Assembly (NCBI RefSeq): GCF_018350175.1
Contig: NC_058368.1
Location: forward strand, 197,658,001-197,722,000
Length of the DNA stretch: 64,000 bases
Direction of reading: 5' to 3'
Source of the DNA: Felis catus
Lineage: Eukaryota
In this document: positions 24,800-37,337 of the stretch, one piece after another
Layout of the letters: every line of letters starts with the position of its first letter
Position numbering within the stretch: position 1 is the first letter of the stretch
The notes under the pieces: model-generated
Seen by the model: the letters and a program-made list of their open reading frames with translations, nothing else
Told to the model about the DNA's origin: nothing
The model's database searches: none
Translations under genes and position numbers: made by a program

Positions 24800-24957
24800 C
24801 CCCAGGCCAGCAGCATCAGCAGTACTTGAGATCTTGTTAGAAATGCAGATTTTCCACCCTAAACCTACTGAATCGGGAACGTGGAGGTGGGGCCCAGCCG
24901 TTGTGTTTAACAAGCCTGCAGGTGATTCTTACACTTGCTTAAACTTGAGAACCGCTG
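24800..24957. mobile_element. MER5A-family element
   Basis: CCAGCAGCATCAGCA...CTTGTTAGAAATGCAGATT...ACCTACTGAATC...GGTGGGGCCCAG...TTTAACAAGCC...TTGAGAACCGCTG. Confidence 0.82.
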
Positions 24958-25390
24958 CTCTAGCTGCTCTGCGGTCAACAGCCTCTTAGGTAGTTCCGCT
25001 CTCATTGCATTCCGGGATGTCCTCAGAATTCAAAATCGTCTACGACTTGCTTCCTCCCCTCAACCTTGACTGACTGATGGCTTGCCGGCTTCTGTCCGAG
25101 CCTCCCCCTGAGGGGGACCTTGTCGCTTGCCCAGACACACAGGTCAGTAACTGGACAGCTCTGATGTCGGATGATGTACCTCGGAGTGAGTGTCAGACTC
25201 CTCTCGAGGCTCCCATCTCTCGTTTGGAGACCCAAAGACAAGACTACTTCCTTTTCTAATTATCAAGTGGAACTTCCATGTCGTGTTAGGCCATTCCTTT
25301 GACAGACACTGATCACGAACGGTGTCTCTTTTCTCATAGAGTCTGTGGCCAAATTAGGAGTGAGACATTAATCAAGTGATCAGAAACATG

Positions 25391-25530
25391 TATTATAGGA
25401 TATTATTAATATTATTATATTATATGTTAATATATATAATTATAATTATTTATATAATATAATGTATTTATAATATAATATAATATAATATAATATAATA
25501 TAATATGATATAATATAAGTATAATATACA
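25391..25530. repeat. AT-rich (TATAA)n low-complexity repeat
   Basis: Read directly. Confidence 0.93.
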
Positions 25531-26699
25531 AATGCCTCCTGAATCTTCTTTCTCTTTGTTCATGAAATATCCAGATCCATGTTTCATTGGGTCTAGTTTC
25601 TTGCAAAGTCCCTCTCCTTGTCACATTCTTTGTGGGGGTGGTGGGAGGGAACTCTTTGCCTTTAAAAATATCTGATTTCTAGAAACGCTCTAGAGGTACT
25701 CTGTTCCTGTGCTACATGAAATGGAAGTGCATGGAAGTTGACTTTTCCTATAATCTATTTTTTCCCCACAGGTAGATTAGATATGCCTCCTCACTAGTCT
25801 TTCATTGATTAAGGGCTGTTTTCAATATCAGTTTTCTGACAAAAGGTCTAGAATTCCCAGCTGAGAAAAGTGTATTTATCCAGAAGGAGTATTTTCTCAG
25901 TTATTTTGAGAAAAGTGAAAAGCCATTTTGCATCCTAATTGTACGTATCTGCACTGTGGTCCCTTAAGCATAATTGAATTGGCATCTGTATGGTTTTCAG
26001 TTAAGGAAATGAAACAGCTGGAGGCTTTTTATTTAGGTCTAAATCTTTCCAGGTGACTCCGTACAAATGGCATTTTGACTGCCATCCCTGGAAAGACACT
26101 TGCGAATGTAGTCCCGACTCCTGGAACACAGGTGCTCTCTCTCTCTCTCTCTCTCTCTCCCTCTCTTAATGGCTTACACATCACCATTTAGATGTCTAGA
26201 TAACAAATCATACGATTTTTTTCAGCACTAATTTACAAAGAGAAGTTCTTTTGAAGAGTATATGTGTGAACTGACATAACATAAATTCCCAAAATGGCAT
26301 TCTACAAGTTTCTAGTATTTTCCAAAACAAAGTCCCTGTAAATAGCTGAGAACTTTCTTCATCCGTGTCGTGAGAACTTGCACACTTGCGGTTTTTCAGA
26401 TGAGCCAAGAATTTTTTTCACAGTCACGGTTACGAGGGCATCATGATCACCAAGGATGCAGAAGCCTGGGGGAAAGCTTGTGTGTCTGATACTGGTAACA
26501 CTGTGTTTTGGTACAAATGGCCGCTGGTAGGTTAGGGCATGAAGTGACGAGGCCAACAGGAGTTAGTTTGACAACTAACTCATATCAGATATCTGAGCTT
26601 ATTTGATTACACTTTGCACTGCTCTCTTTTTGTCCCACCTGCTCAGAGGTGTCCACGATCGTATTTGAGACCACACATGGGAATTGAAGAAGCATCCTT

Positions 26700-26914
26700 T
26701 ATTTTTTTATTTTTTTATTTGTTAATTTTTGTTTTATTTTAGGAGAGTGAGAGAGAGAGCAGGGGAAGGGCAGAGAAAGGGAAAGAGAGAATCCTAAGCA
26801 GGCTCATCAGTGCAGAGGCCGATGCGGGGCTGGATCCCACAAACCATGAGACCATGACCTGAGCTGAAACCAAGAGTCGGACACTTAACCGACATTGAGC
26901 CACCCAGGCGCCCA
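26700..26914 (-). mobile_element. Can-SINE
   Basis: Imperfect TSD GAAGAAGCATCCTTT / GGAGGAAGCATCCTTT. Confidence 0.92.
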
Positions 26915-27913
26915 GGAGGAAGCATCCTTTTTTAAAATTGGGAAATGGTTCCAGACACTTGGTCTTTCTTCTGGGGATATGAGAGGCAGAACTAATACGG
27001 ACGTTGCCACAGTCCTACAACTTTATTGGAAGAAACCCTATCGGTCACCAAAATTATAGTTCTCATTTAGACCTCCTTACACGGTTACTCAGATGCCGCC
27101 TGAATGCCTCCCATGACAGGCGACTCACCTTGTCAAAATTTCCTTTAGCTTCTGAGAAGCTCCACTTACTCGAAATCTCCCCCTTTACTCACGCTGCCCA
27201 GCACCCGCTGACCCGGTCCCTTCTACATCTGGGGGAATTGAGACCCAGCTTGGTAAGCAGACTCGCTCACGGATAAGAGCAGTGAGTTAGCAGCATGGTT
27301 GGGCTGAGAACCCAAGCCCAGTGACTCCCGGTCCGGTGCTTGCTGCTCCCATTATGTGAAGCTCCTGCCCTCAATTTGGCTACGAAGATAAATAATGTTT
27401 TACTTATTTCTGACACTTGTCCAAAATAAAGGTATTGGAATATGCCCTTTGGTGTAGAAGTCTAACCCGTGCGAGCATACTCTATGAAGAAACGTGGTCA
27501 ATCTATGCACAGTTATGCATGAATATCCGCCCATGCAATCAAACCCAGAGATTAAAAAAAAAAAAAACAACCAACACCCAAAGTGCAGCAAAGCCAAGCT
27601 GAGGTTCTGACAGAGCTCCAGGTTGGCAGACGTTGGCACTGTGCCAGACCGCGTGGCTCGTTCACTCCATAGGCGGGGACTATTTCCAGGTGAGCCCTTC
27701 TCATAATAGGGATGCAACGACACACCTTCTGTTAACCATTAACGACTGTTCCACAGCGATCTTTCAGGATATCCTGAGTAAAGGAACAAGGGTAAAGATG
27801 GGGTGTCCTTACCTTTTGGGTTTGTCCTTTAGTTACTTACAATTTGTAAGCCGGAAAACCAAGGGTTGGAATGAGCATTGGGTGGCGTGAGTAAGATGAC
27901 CTCTTTCTCCTCC

Positions 27914-28136
27914 TTTTTTTTTTTTTTTAAGTTTATTTATTTTGAAAGAGACAGAGACAGCGTGAGTGGGGGAAGGGCAGAGAGAGAGAGAGAGAGGGAG
28001 AGAGAGAATCCTAAGCGGGCTCCGTGCTGCCAGCGCAGAGCCCGGCCCGGGGCTCAAACCCACGAAACCGTGAGATCATGACCGGAGCCGAAACCGAGAG
28101 GCAGGCGCTTAACCGACTGAGCCATCCAGGCGCCCC
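27914..28136 (-). mobile_element. Can-SINE, CpG-rich copy
   Basis: Full element; flanking CTCCTCCTTTTTT repeats. Confidence 0.93.
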
Positions 28137-28547
28137 TTCCTCCTCCTTTTTTTAAGGAAGGTTCCAGTCTCAACGTACCCAGCAAGGAAGAGAATCTCCA
28201 GAGAATCCGATGGAGTTGTGTGCTGCTGTAGCTTGACTTTTGTGACAGATAAAGTGTTTAGAATCATTCTGGTTACTTGAGCTTGTCCTCCCTCGCTCTG
28301 AGAGAATACTGAGCTCTTCGCTTGGACTTCACCTGGTAGAAGGTTCTGTTTGACTCTCTTCTCCACCCCTTTCCTGAGGCTCGCCATGCTCTGTGTCTGG
28401 TTACAACAATGTACGACTGTTTCTCTGAAGGAGACCAATATGGGGGGTATCACCCCTTGTCCCTCAGATAAGGGTGCAGCATGACTGTCATTAAAACGCA
28501 CACACGCATATGTGGTCTAATTGAATTTCAAATCGGCAGGACTTTTA

Positions 28548-28761
28548 ATTTTTTTTTTTTTTCAACGTCTATTTATTTTTGGGACAGAGACAGAGCATGA
28601 ACGGGGGAGGGGCAGAGAGAGAGGGAGACACAGAATCGGAAACAGGCTCCAGGCTCTGAGCCATCAGCCCAGAGCCCGACGCGGGGCTCGAACTCACGGA
28701 CCGCGAGATCGTGACCTGGCTGAAGTCAGACGCTTAACCGACTGCGCCACCCAGGCGCCCC
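28548..28761 (-). mobile_element. Feline Can-SINE, young
   Basis: Perfect 15-bp TSD TCGGCAGGACTTTTA at 28533-28547 and 28762-28776. Confidence 0.96.
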
Positions 28762-29324
28762 TCGGCAGGACTTTTAGAAGTGACATAACTATACACAGGC
28801 ATAGGAGATGCTGTCAGTTGATTGTGTCTTTAATTGGCTAGGTAGTGTTTTGGGAAGGAGCCAGAAGTGTGAGTATGTAAGATAAAAAAAACATCGTTTT
28901 TATGTTCTTTGCACATCCCTCTTACTCTACGTGATCTTCCAGAAGTGTCCCTGTAATCACGGTTCTGATTAGTTGGCCCTGATGAGCATGGTAGAAAATA
29001 GTGGACTGTGATGGATTAATCAAATCAGGATAGATCCGAATCACCAATTTTATCTTTTGTTCCTGTTCGTTTCTCTCTGACAAAATGCAGGCTGTCTCAT
29101 CGCACTGGCTTGTTAAATGGCAGTCATTTTCAATTTGCTCGTTGGGTTTCCGATGAGGAAGAGGTAACAATGTACATTGCTATGAATATCTGAGGTTTTC
29201 CCCGTGTTGTAACATTTTCAAATGCAGTTTCAATCAGATGAACTTCAGCTAGCTTTTAACTGGTCTTCTTAGTGCCAGTTTTTCTTCCTTCTAATCTGTA
29301 TACAAATACAATATTGATTTTTTT

Positions 29325-29700
29325 GGTGTATTACTCAGGAATTCTTTTGGTAACAAAGAATGGCTGGAACCCGACTCAAACTGGCTTACAGGGAAAGAAA
29401 GGAATTTGTTGGCTCGAATAATTGGGAAGTTCACGCGCAAAACTGTCTTAAGACACCGCCGGGTCGTAAGCCTCAAGTTCACTCTGCTTTCCCTGGGGTT
29501 AGCTTCATGCTCAGACAAGCTCTCTCCACGAAGTAGCAATGATGCCACCAGTAGCTTCCAACTGAAAGTCTTCATGGTCTGGCAACACTAGGGAAAAGAG
29601 AGACTCTTCCTAGAGAGAATTGTGGCCAGGGAGTGAGCCGTTTGGGTTGGCCAGTGCTGCTCTTGTGCTGATCACTGGAGCTTGGGACCGAGGCAGGAGA
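29325..29700. mobile_element. Ancient MaLR (MLT1J/K-like) LTR remnant
   Basis: AACCCGACTCAAACTGGCTTA...GGAATTTGTTGGCTC motif. Confidence 0.55.
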
Positions 29701-30662
29701 AACAGGGTTCCAGAAAGGAAATTCAGAGCACTGTTTGCAGAGAAAGAGGGATTCCTTCTCTTCCAGTGGAAGGAAGTGTGATCTGATGACAAGAACTGTA
29801 CAAAACAAAGCTTGGGTTTTGCAAGCCACACGCCTGGGTTCTGTTCCCAGCGCCGGCTCTGTGGCTTTGGCAAGTGCATTAACCTCTCGGGTCCACCGTC
29901 TCTTCCTGTAACAGGAGGGACAAGAGGTTGGAAGAAGAGGAAAGTGACGGCGGTTGGCTCTTGTGAGCGCATAGTAAAAGGTGACTAAACAAGACGAGGT
30001 GGTCTTTTCCCTACTTTTAAAAATGACCATAGTGTACCCTGGGGTGGTCCAGAGACTACCTCCCAGTTGGAAAGCCATAAATTCTCAAACCTCAGTTTCT
30101 TCGTGTGCGAAACTCACTACTTATTTGACTCAACAAGTATCTACGAAGACAATATAATATGCCGGGTATTTTTCGAGGCACTGAGGATGTAACAGTGATC
30201 AGATGTAACTCTGTCCTCCCGACACTATTCTAGTGAGGACGACCGATTACTAATGAAGAAACAACGGAGTATATATGATGTCAGTGCTAATGAGAAAAAA
30301 GAGTCGATAGAGAAAATAGAAGCCTTTGGAAAATGAGATTGAAGTTTTACTCGGGCGATCAGGGGAAGACTTCTATGGGGAAGTGACAGTTGAGCAGCGG
30401 AGAGAAAGCAACAAGTGAAAAGGCCCTCGGGTGAAAACCTGCTTTTATGGCCAAGGAAAGTAGCAAAACCAGTGAGCTCAAGGGCACTGCAGGGGGTAGG
30501 GCATGGCTGAAGTTGAGTTTGGTGAGGAGCTGGGTGGGGCCAGATAATGTAGGACCTAGTTGGTCTGGAGTTTGCATTTTATTCCAAATGACACTAGGAG
30601 ACACAGTCGAGTTTTATTCGGGGAAGATATGATCCGACTTACATGTTCACAATACCAGTCTG

Positions 30663-30865
30663 GGGGGCGCCTGGCTGGCTCAGTCAGTTCAGCGTTCGAT
30701 GCTTGGTTCTGGCTCAGGTCATGATCCCACAGGTTCGTGAGTTCAAGCCCCGTGTTGGGCTCCATGCTGACCTCCAGGAGCCTGTTTGCTCTTTCTGCCC
30801 CTCCCCCACCCCCACTGTCTGACTCGCTCTGAAGAGAAATAAACAAATGTAAAACAAAACAAAAT
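30663..30865 (+). mobile_element. Older Can-SINE
   Basis: GGGGCGCCTGGCTGGCTCAGTCAG...GGCTCAGGTCATGATCCC. Confidence 0.9.
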
Positions 30866-31204
30866 AAGGTAAACTAAAATAGCGTTCTGGCTGCTGTGGG
30901 GACGAGAGATGAGAGGGCAGCAAGCAGGAGCACAGTTGTGGGGTTATGGCGGTATCAGAAGAAAAGATATGGTGGCGTGGACCAGGGTCCGGGTTCTGGA
31001 GGGAACGAGAAGAAGTTGGAATGAGGGGTCAGTTAGAAAATAGGATGAACTTGCTGACAGTTTGGTTGCAGGGTGTGAGAACAAGAGTCACTTGTTCTGA
31101 GTCACTGGGTAAATGTGGGGCCGTTGGTCGAAATGGGAAACACTAGGGGAGGATGAGGTTTTTGTGTTGGGAGTGGGAACTGCAGAGTTAAGCTTGAAAT
31201 GCTT

Positions 31205-31319
31205 TTTATTTTATTTAAAAACATTTTTAAAGTAATCTCTACACCCAACACAGGGCTCAAACTTACAGCCCCAAGATCAGGAGTCCCACGCTCCACCGAC
31301 TGAGCCAGCCAGACATCCC
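31205..31319 (-). mobile_element. Short old carnivore SINE lacking the (CT)n region
   Basis: AGTAATCTCTACACCCAAC...GACTGAGCCAGCCAGACATCCC; TSD TGAAATGCTTTTTATT at 31195-31210 and 31320-31335. Confidence 0.88.
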
Positions 31320-31468
31320 TGAAATGCTTTTTATTGTAAGCCACAATTGATTGATGTGATCACCTCAAGAAAGATTTTAGGTAGAGGAGGGAGGAGGATA
31401 GAGCCCTGTCCCTGCAGTAGTTAAGGCTTTGTACTCAAATATTTCCAATACAAGATTATTCCAGATTC

Positions 31469-31686
31469 TGGAGCACCTGGGGCTCAGTCGGTTTTGCATC
31501 TGGCTCTTGGTTTTGACTCAGGTCATGATCTCACCATACGTAAGTTCGAGCCCCGAATCGAGCTCCACATTGGCCGTGCAGAGCCTGCTTGGGATTCTCT
31601 CTTTCTACCTCTGTCTGCCCCTCCCCTGCTCTCTCTCTCTCTTTCAAAATAAATAAATAAAACTTGGTGGGGGGGGGGGGGCGGGA
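31469..31686 (+). mobile_element. Older Can-SINE with a G-run in the tail
   Basis: TSD AAGAT(T/G)ATTCCAGATTC at 31452-31468 and 31687-31703. Confidence 0.9.
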
Positions 31687-33011
31687 AAGATGATTCCAGA
31701 TTCAAAATGTAAAAGAGATCGGAGTGGCCAGAGCTACTTAGCTTTAGGTCAGAGTAGGGGGTTCAGAGTCTTGGAGGCTGAGTCCTCCCCACACCTGGCC
31801 CAGACCAGGAACTGCCCACGGGAGTCCCCGCTAATCTTAGCGGCATTAAAGAACAAACACTGAAAAACCCAGAGAAATCTACATCCGTTCCAGCTCCGGT
31901 GGTCTGCCGTTCTTTTCCTGGAGGCCAGGCAAACGTATTTGGTCCACCCTGACCAAAGCATCCAAGGGCCCAGGCTGAGTTTCATGGTTCTGTTGTGCAG
32001 ATAAATAGATTTATAGTTTCTTCTTGATAAGATTCGATTAGAAAACTAGCAGATGGAATTAGAGAATGTCAGAGCTGGAAGTGAACCCGGAGATCATCTC
32101 CTCCAATCCGTCTGTTTACTGAGAAGTAGATGGTGAAGCTTAAAGGGAAAAAAAGAGACCAGCTTAGGGTCACCCCCAAAGAAGCGGATCAGGCTCTGCC
32201 CCTACATTCTCTGATTCGCCATGGTGTGGATCAAATGTGATACAAACATAGGAATTCTGAAAAAGGAAACTACAGTCAGTGAAGAGGGCCAACCTGGTGG
32301 ATCTGTGAGTACCTGCCCAGTGAAATGTACAAGGTCTGACAGCGCATGCCAGAGGAACTTTGGGTAGTTTGGAAGTTAACTGCCTTTCAAGTCGGAGTTC
32401 TTAGCCTGGGGTTCATCAGTGTCCTTCAAGGAATCATGGGCCCCTCCGGAAATGTGTATGTATGGGCATGACCATCGAGTTTCTTCAGGGCAGACAGTTC
32501 TCAAGAGATTTTTTTTTTATTTTCAAACGGATATATGATTACCTTCCCTCAAAAAAGAGTTAAAAAAAGAAAAAAAAACCCCTGAAAATCCTCATAGGAA
32601 ACGTGATGGCTGACCATTTTAGGGAATACACCATTTTCATCATAACAGTGTAGCAACTTGTTTTCTCATTAGCTAATGTCCTAGTGCAGACCACATAAAT
32701 AAGCTGGGTTTCCAGGAAGAACAAAAAGTACGCTGATTAGCATGGAGTAAAAAGAAGTACCTATGTGTTTTAATGTCCAGATTAGTAAAATGGTAAAGCC
32801 ACTTTGCGGTACTCGGCTGTGTCATACTCCAGTACGTCAATAGCTCTTTGCTGTAGTATGGTTGACTAAATACTTTCTGATACTCTACAAAAGTCGTGAT
32901 AAATAGGAAGCCATGATTACCTGGCAATTTCTTCCCTTTAGCATAGACTTTTATTTTCTCACATTAACTCACTGCCTAACTGTTTTTTTCTTTTTAATTT
33001 CCACATTATAG

Positions 33012-33084
33012 GACCTTGTGGGCACTGCAGTCCGACTCACCCATGCGTGTTTCCTGTAATGGACGAACTTGATGCGAATGTGAG
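33012..33084 (+). other. Candidate internal exon (73 nt), 5'-UTR or first coding exon
   Basis: Branch-like CCTAAC at about 32975, AG-free zone from about 32947, polypyrimidine TGTTTTTTTCTTTTTAATTTCCACATTATAG| acceptor, donor GAG|GTATGT; retains several CpGs. Confidence 0.7.
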
Positions 33085-33205
33085 GTATGTTGTATTTCTG
33101 TGTGGACTGTAATTATGCTGCCGTAAATTATGGCCGTTTGAACTACGAGGCCTCTGAAAAATCTGTTGTAGTAGAGTTACCCATCCAGCAGATGTGGCTT
33201 TTCTT

Positions 33206-33425
33206 TTTTTTAATTTTTTTTTAACGTTTATTTATTTTTGAGACAGAGAGAGACAGAGCATGAACGGGGGGAGGGTCAGAGAGAGAGGGAGACACAGAAT
33301 CAGAAGCAGGCTCCAGGCTGTGAGCCATCAGCCCAGAGCCCGACGCGGGGCTCGAACTCCCGGACCGCGAGATCGTGACCTGGCTGAAGTCGGACGCTTA
33401 ACCGACTGAGCCACCCAGATGCCCC
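33206..33425 (-). mobile_element. Feline Can-SINE, young
   Basis: TSD CAGATGTGGCTTTTCTT at 33189-33205 and 33426-33442. Confidence 0.96.
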
Positions 33426-36400
33426 CAGATGTGGCTTTTCTTCAGTGTTTCATGTGTAATCACGAATGTGATGCTGTTTGATGATTTGCGGGTTCTTTCC
33501 TCCTTTCTGCCTAGACGATAAATATAATATGGCCGTAAATATTTCTAGGTGCTTATGCTAAAAGTCTGCATTATGAGAGATGGTGCGACATGAAAATAGA
33601 TATTCGTCTCTATAGTAGGAAGAATGGAGCTGTATTTAAGTAGGGTAAAAATAGCTTAAGAACGTCTCTCTGTACATCCACACTGTAGATATGCATTCAA
33701 ATAGCTTTCTCATAACAGGTTCTAGTCTGCCCGCTTCTTTTTTTTCCAGCCAGGTCATTAGATCACGTGACGTGACGACTGCATGGTACAGCTACATAAA
33801 GCTAAACGGTTTTATTTTGTTTTCCTGTCATTTCCTGCAACTCTTGGAGATCAGATAATAGGATGGCTCCTAAGGAAGATTTTCTCTAAAGGTTTGCTGG
33901 CATTTTATTTGGCACAATCAAACAGCGTGGAAGAAAATTGTATTCAGTAAGGCTTAAATGTTATGAATTGGCATTCGGGGCCGAGCTTTAGCCGTACGTA
34001 TCAATCGCTGGAAGACATTCTAAAAAAAATACGTTCCTGGTGCACTCATGAGGGCCGTGCTTTTTTCACTCGAGACCTATAGGAAAGCGTGTTTCAGGTG
34101 TAGATGAGAGGCACTGTGCTTCTGTGTTTGATATAGTAGAATGCCACGATAAAAGGGAGCTGTCAAATATCTTGACAGGAACTCTGGTGACTCAAGCTGC
34201 AGAGATGTTACTATCACCCCAAACCCAGGGATTCCTTAAGGGTAGAATGTGTCTCATGCGTAGTTCCTGGCACACGGTGGGTATTGAATAAAGACTCGCT
34301 GATCACCCAGCCATTGGTGGTCTACTGCATATATTTCAAATAGGGTTGTGTTCTAGTTTACCTCGATAGGCACAAAGGCTCTGTATATTTAGCAGTAAAA
34401 CATTTTACACTTGCAGTAGAAGCTCCCTGGACTGGGTTCCTTACCCAACACACTGACTCGGGGCCGCGTCTTAGAACTTTAACCCAGAATTTTAAGCTGG
34501 TGCCTTGTGTTGCATTTCCCTCCAAAAGGCTGTGACATTGTTTGTACAGACAAAGCGGAGCGGAATCTGGAGACTCTCAATTTTAGTGTTGTTAATTTTT
34601 GCTAAAAGCCCAAAGGAAGCAAGCAGTATCAATGATTGTAAGTTATGACATTGTTTTAACTTTCAGACACGGTCTCAAACTGCCTCCTTTGGTAAAAGGA
34701 GCTTCTTTTTGGATAGTTTAGATTTTATGATCCCTAACATTTCCAGTGTTTCAACATTTATTTATAGCAGCGTTGGATTCCAACAGCGGGTTATAGTTCA
34801 ATTAAATGAACACTAGCCATTCTCCCGGGTGCTGTGGGACAATCCTGGAGGATACAAGATGATATCACGCCCCAGAATCGTATCTCTGGACTGTCCTCTC
34901 TGTCACATTTCTAACCTGATCCCATCGACATATGCGCATCCTCACTCACGCCTACTCTCTACCCACACAATTAGTAACATACAAATGCACAGACTTTCCA
35001 CCCATACCCTCCTCAGTCCAGCCTCTGGATGTTCATAATAAAGGACGTATTTTAGGCTCACATTTACCAAATTGTGATGCATGTGTCACTAGTAATACAT
35101 AATGATTTTAGGTGGTACATGAATATCTTTTTTTAAGTAAATTTTTACTTCAAGGTAACCTTCTTACCATGTGAGTAATACTATTTTGGCACTTATAGTG
35201 GTGAAATATAGTTTCCTTTTAAACTACATTCACTTAAAATCTACAAGTAAGTTTGTTTAAGGAAAAATATTGTGTAATTTAAAAATATTCATTAATAAAA
35301 GATGGTGAAAAAAATTATAAGGGTAACATGCAAATGACTAGGGTCTGGAAACCAATGTTCTAGGCATAATTGGGGTAAATTTTATTATTTTAAGGGCAGA
35401 AACCAAAAATTATCACTATTATTATTATTATTTATTTATTTATTTATTTATTTTGGTAAGGAAATATCTTCAGTTTGTGAAGTGCCCACATAAAATGAGA
35501 GGCAAAGAGCCCAGGACCCTGGTACGGGAGAGGAATTTTTCTGCTTGCTCTGAAGACAGGAGAATAGATGAAAAAGGAGGTAGAAGTTTGGACAAGAGAA
35601 AAGATTCAGAGAAGAGAGGACTTTGGGGCACTGCTTAGAGAAGCGTGAACCAGCCAATGGCATGGTGGCTGTGAGGGACTTTGAGGGAAGTTAGGTTGCG
35701 AATCTTTATTTGTTTGTTTGTTTGAAGTGCCTACGTATGGTGTGTGTGCTGCCCTCTCCCAGGCTCCGCTTCTTTAGGAAAATTTTCTGGCTTGCCTAGG
35801 AGCTGAGAGTTGAAGGTTTACCATACATGCACTGTGAATTTCATGTGTAACATCCCATTTAATTTTTAGGCAGCCCTGTGAGGCGCATGTCATTGTCATC
35901 CCCATTGTGCAGTGCATGGTAACTAAGGAACAAAGTGGTACCTGCTCAAGGTCACGTAATCACGCTGCCTCGACTACACCACAGATACGTTCCGTGAATG
36001 CGTATGTGTGTATCAGTGAGAGGGCTGACATTCCTGTCTGGGAAAGTGTGTTTGGAAGGGAGAATGCGCGTATGAGAGTGAACACTCAAAAGGCATAGGA
36101 TGGAGAAGAATAGACATGGCAGGAGAATCATGGCAGGAAATCAGAGTGAAAATCTTAAAGTTCTACGGGCTGTAGAATTAAGAGATTCTGGCCAATTTTC
36201 CCCAGGTATCAAGGGACAGAGGGGTCCTAGTTGATATCTAGGGCTAAATAAAATGTCTAACACTTAAGTATTTTCTCTGGCCATACTGGCCACTTTATTT
36301 TTGCTGGGTCTCCTTTAACTGGGTTTGCTAATTAAGCTTGATCTGTGCCATTGTACATCTATCAGTGTTCTTGGCTACAAGCATCGGAAACTAACTTGCT

Positions 36401-36949
36401 AATGTGTTCAAGGGTAATTTTGGGGAAGCCACAATGTATGTACAGGGTCAAATAATTAAGATGAGAATGCTGTGGGACACCAGGCTTGCAAATAAACAGG
36501 AACTTTGGGAGTTCTCATAGAGCTAGGAAGAATTGGTCAGGACATCACTGCATCATGGATAATGTCCAACCATTGCCTTTTTCTGTATGCTACTTGAGAG
36601 GCAGAGCCCTGGGAGGTGACAGCTGATTGGCTGAGCTAAGTCATGTGAACGCATGCTGTCCAGCTTTTATAAGAGGAAGCAGGTACCACTCAGGGAGATG
36701 ACATAAAATGGAGGAAAGTTAAGCTCTCCAAAGAAGTTGGTGATTTTTAGGAAGAGGAGATGGAGGCCGTATAGCCAAAATATGACCAACTTCTAATACT
36801 ATTTGTTTTGTAGCAGTTGTATATTTCTGTGATATTTAAATAATATTGCTCTGTGTGTAAATACAAGCGAGGGTTTCTTCATTTGTTTTATGTACATTGA
36901 TTAAACATCTAAACCATGTGCCAGGAAGAGTTAACATAAGTACCTATTC

Positions 36950-37157
36950 TTTTTAAATATATTTTTGTTTAGAGAGAGAGAGAAAGCACACGAGCAGGGA
37001 GAGGGGTAGAGGGAGAGAGAGAGAGAGAGAAAATCCCAAGCAGGCTCCATTCTCAGTGCAGAGCTTGATGCAGGGCTCAATCCCACGAGCCTGGGATCAT
37101 GACCTGAGCCAAAATCAAGAGTCAGATGCTCAGCTGACTGAACCACCCAGACACCCC
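36950..37157 (-). mobile_element. Older Can-SINE
   Basis: Ends ...CTGAACCACCCAGACACCCC. Confidence 0.9.
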
Positions 37158-37337
37158 AGTACATGCCTGTTCTTAAGAATCTCCTGGTCTAACTAGAAGA
37201 CAATTACATAAATATAATTTAGTACAGCAACGAAAGAACCCTATCAGTGAGATATACAATGAGCTATATTCTCTGTGGACTATAAGGTAGGACTGAAAAA
37301 AGAAATACTAGGTCTGATTTTAGAAATATAAGAAGCA

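Larger units (their letters stand above)
30120..31410 (-). mobile_element. L2 3' region, highly diverged, with nested SINEs
   Basis: TCAACAAGTAT...GGCACTGAGGATGTAACAGTGA terminus followed by purine-rich L2-like body. Confidence 0.65.

Noticed and set aside
14110..33084. Assigning a gene symbol
   Set aside because: I do not recognise the exon sequences; a BLAST or liftover search is needed
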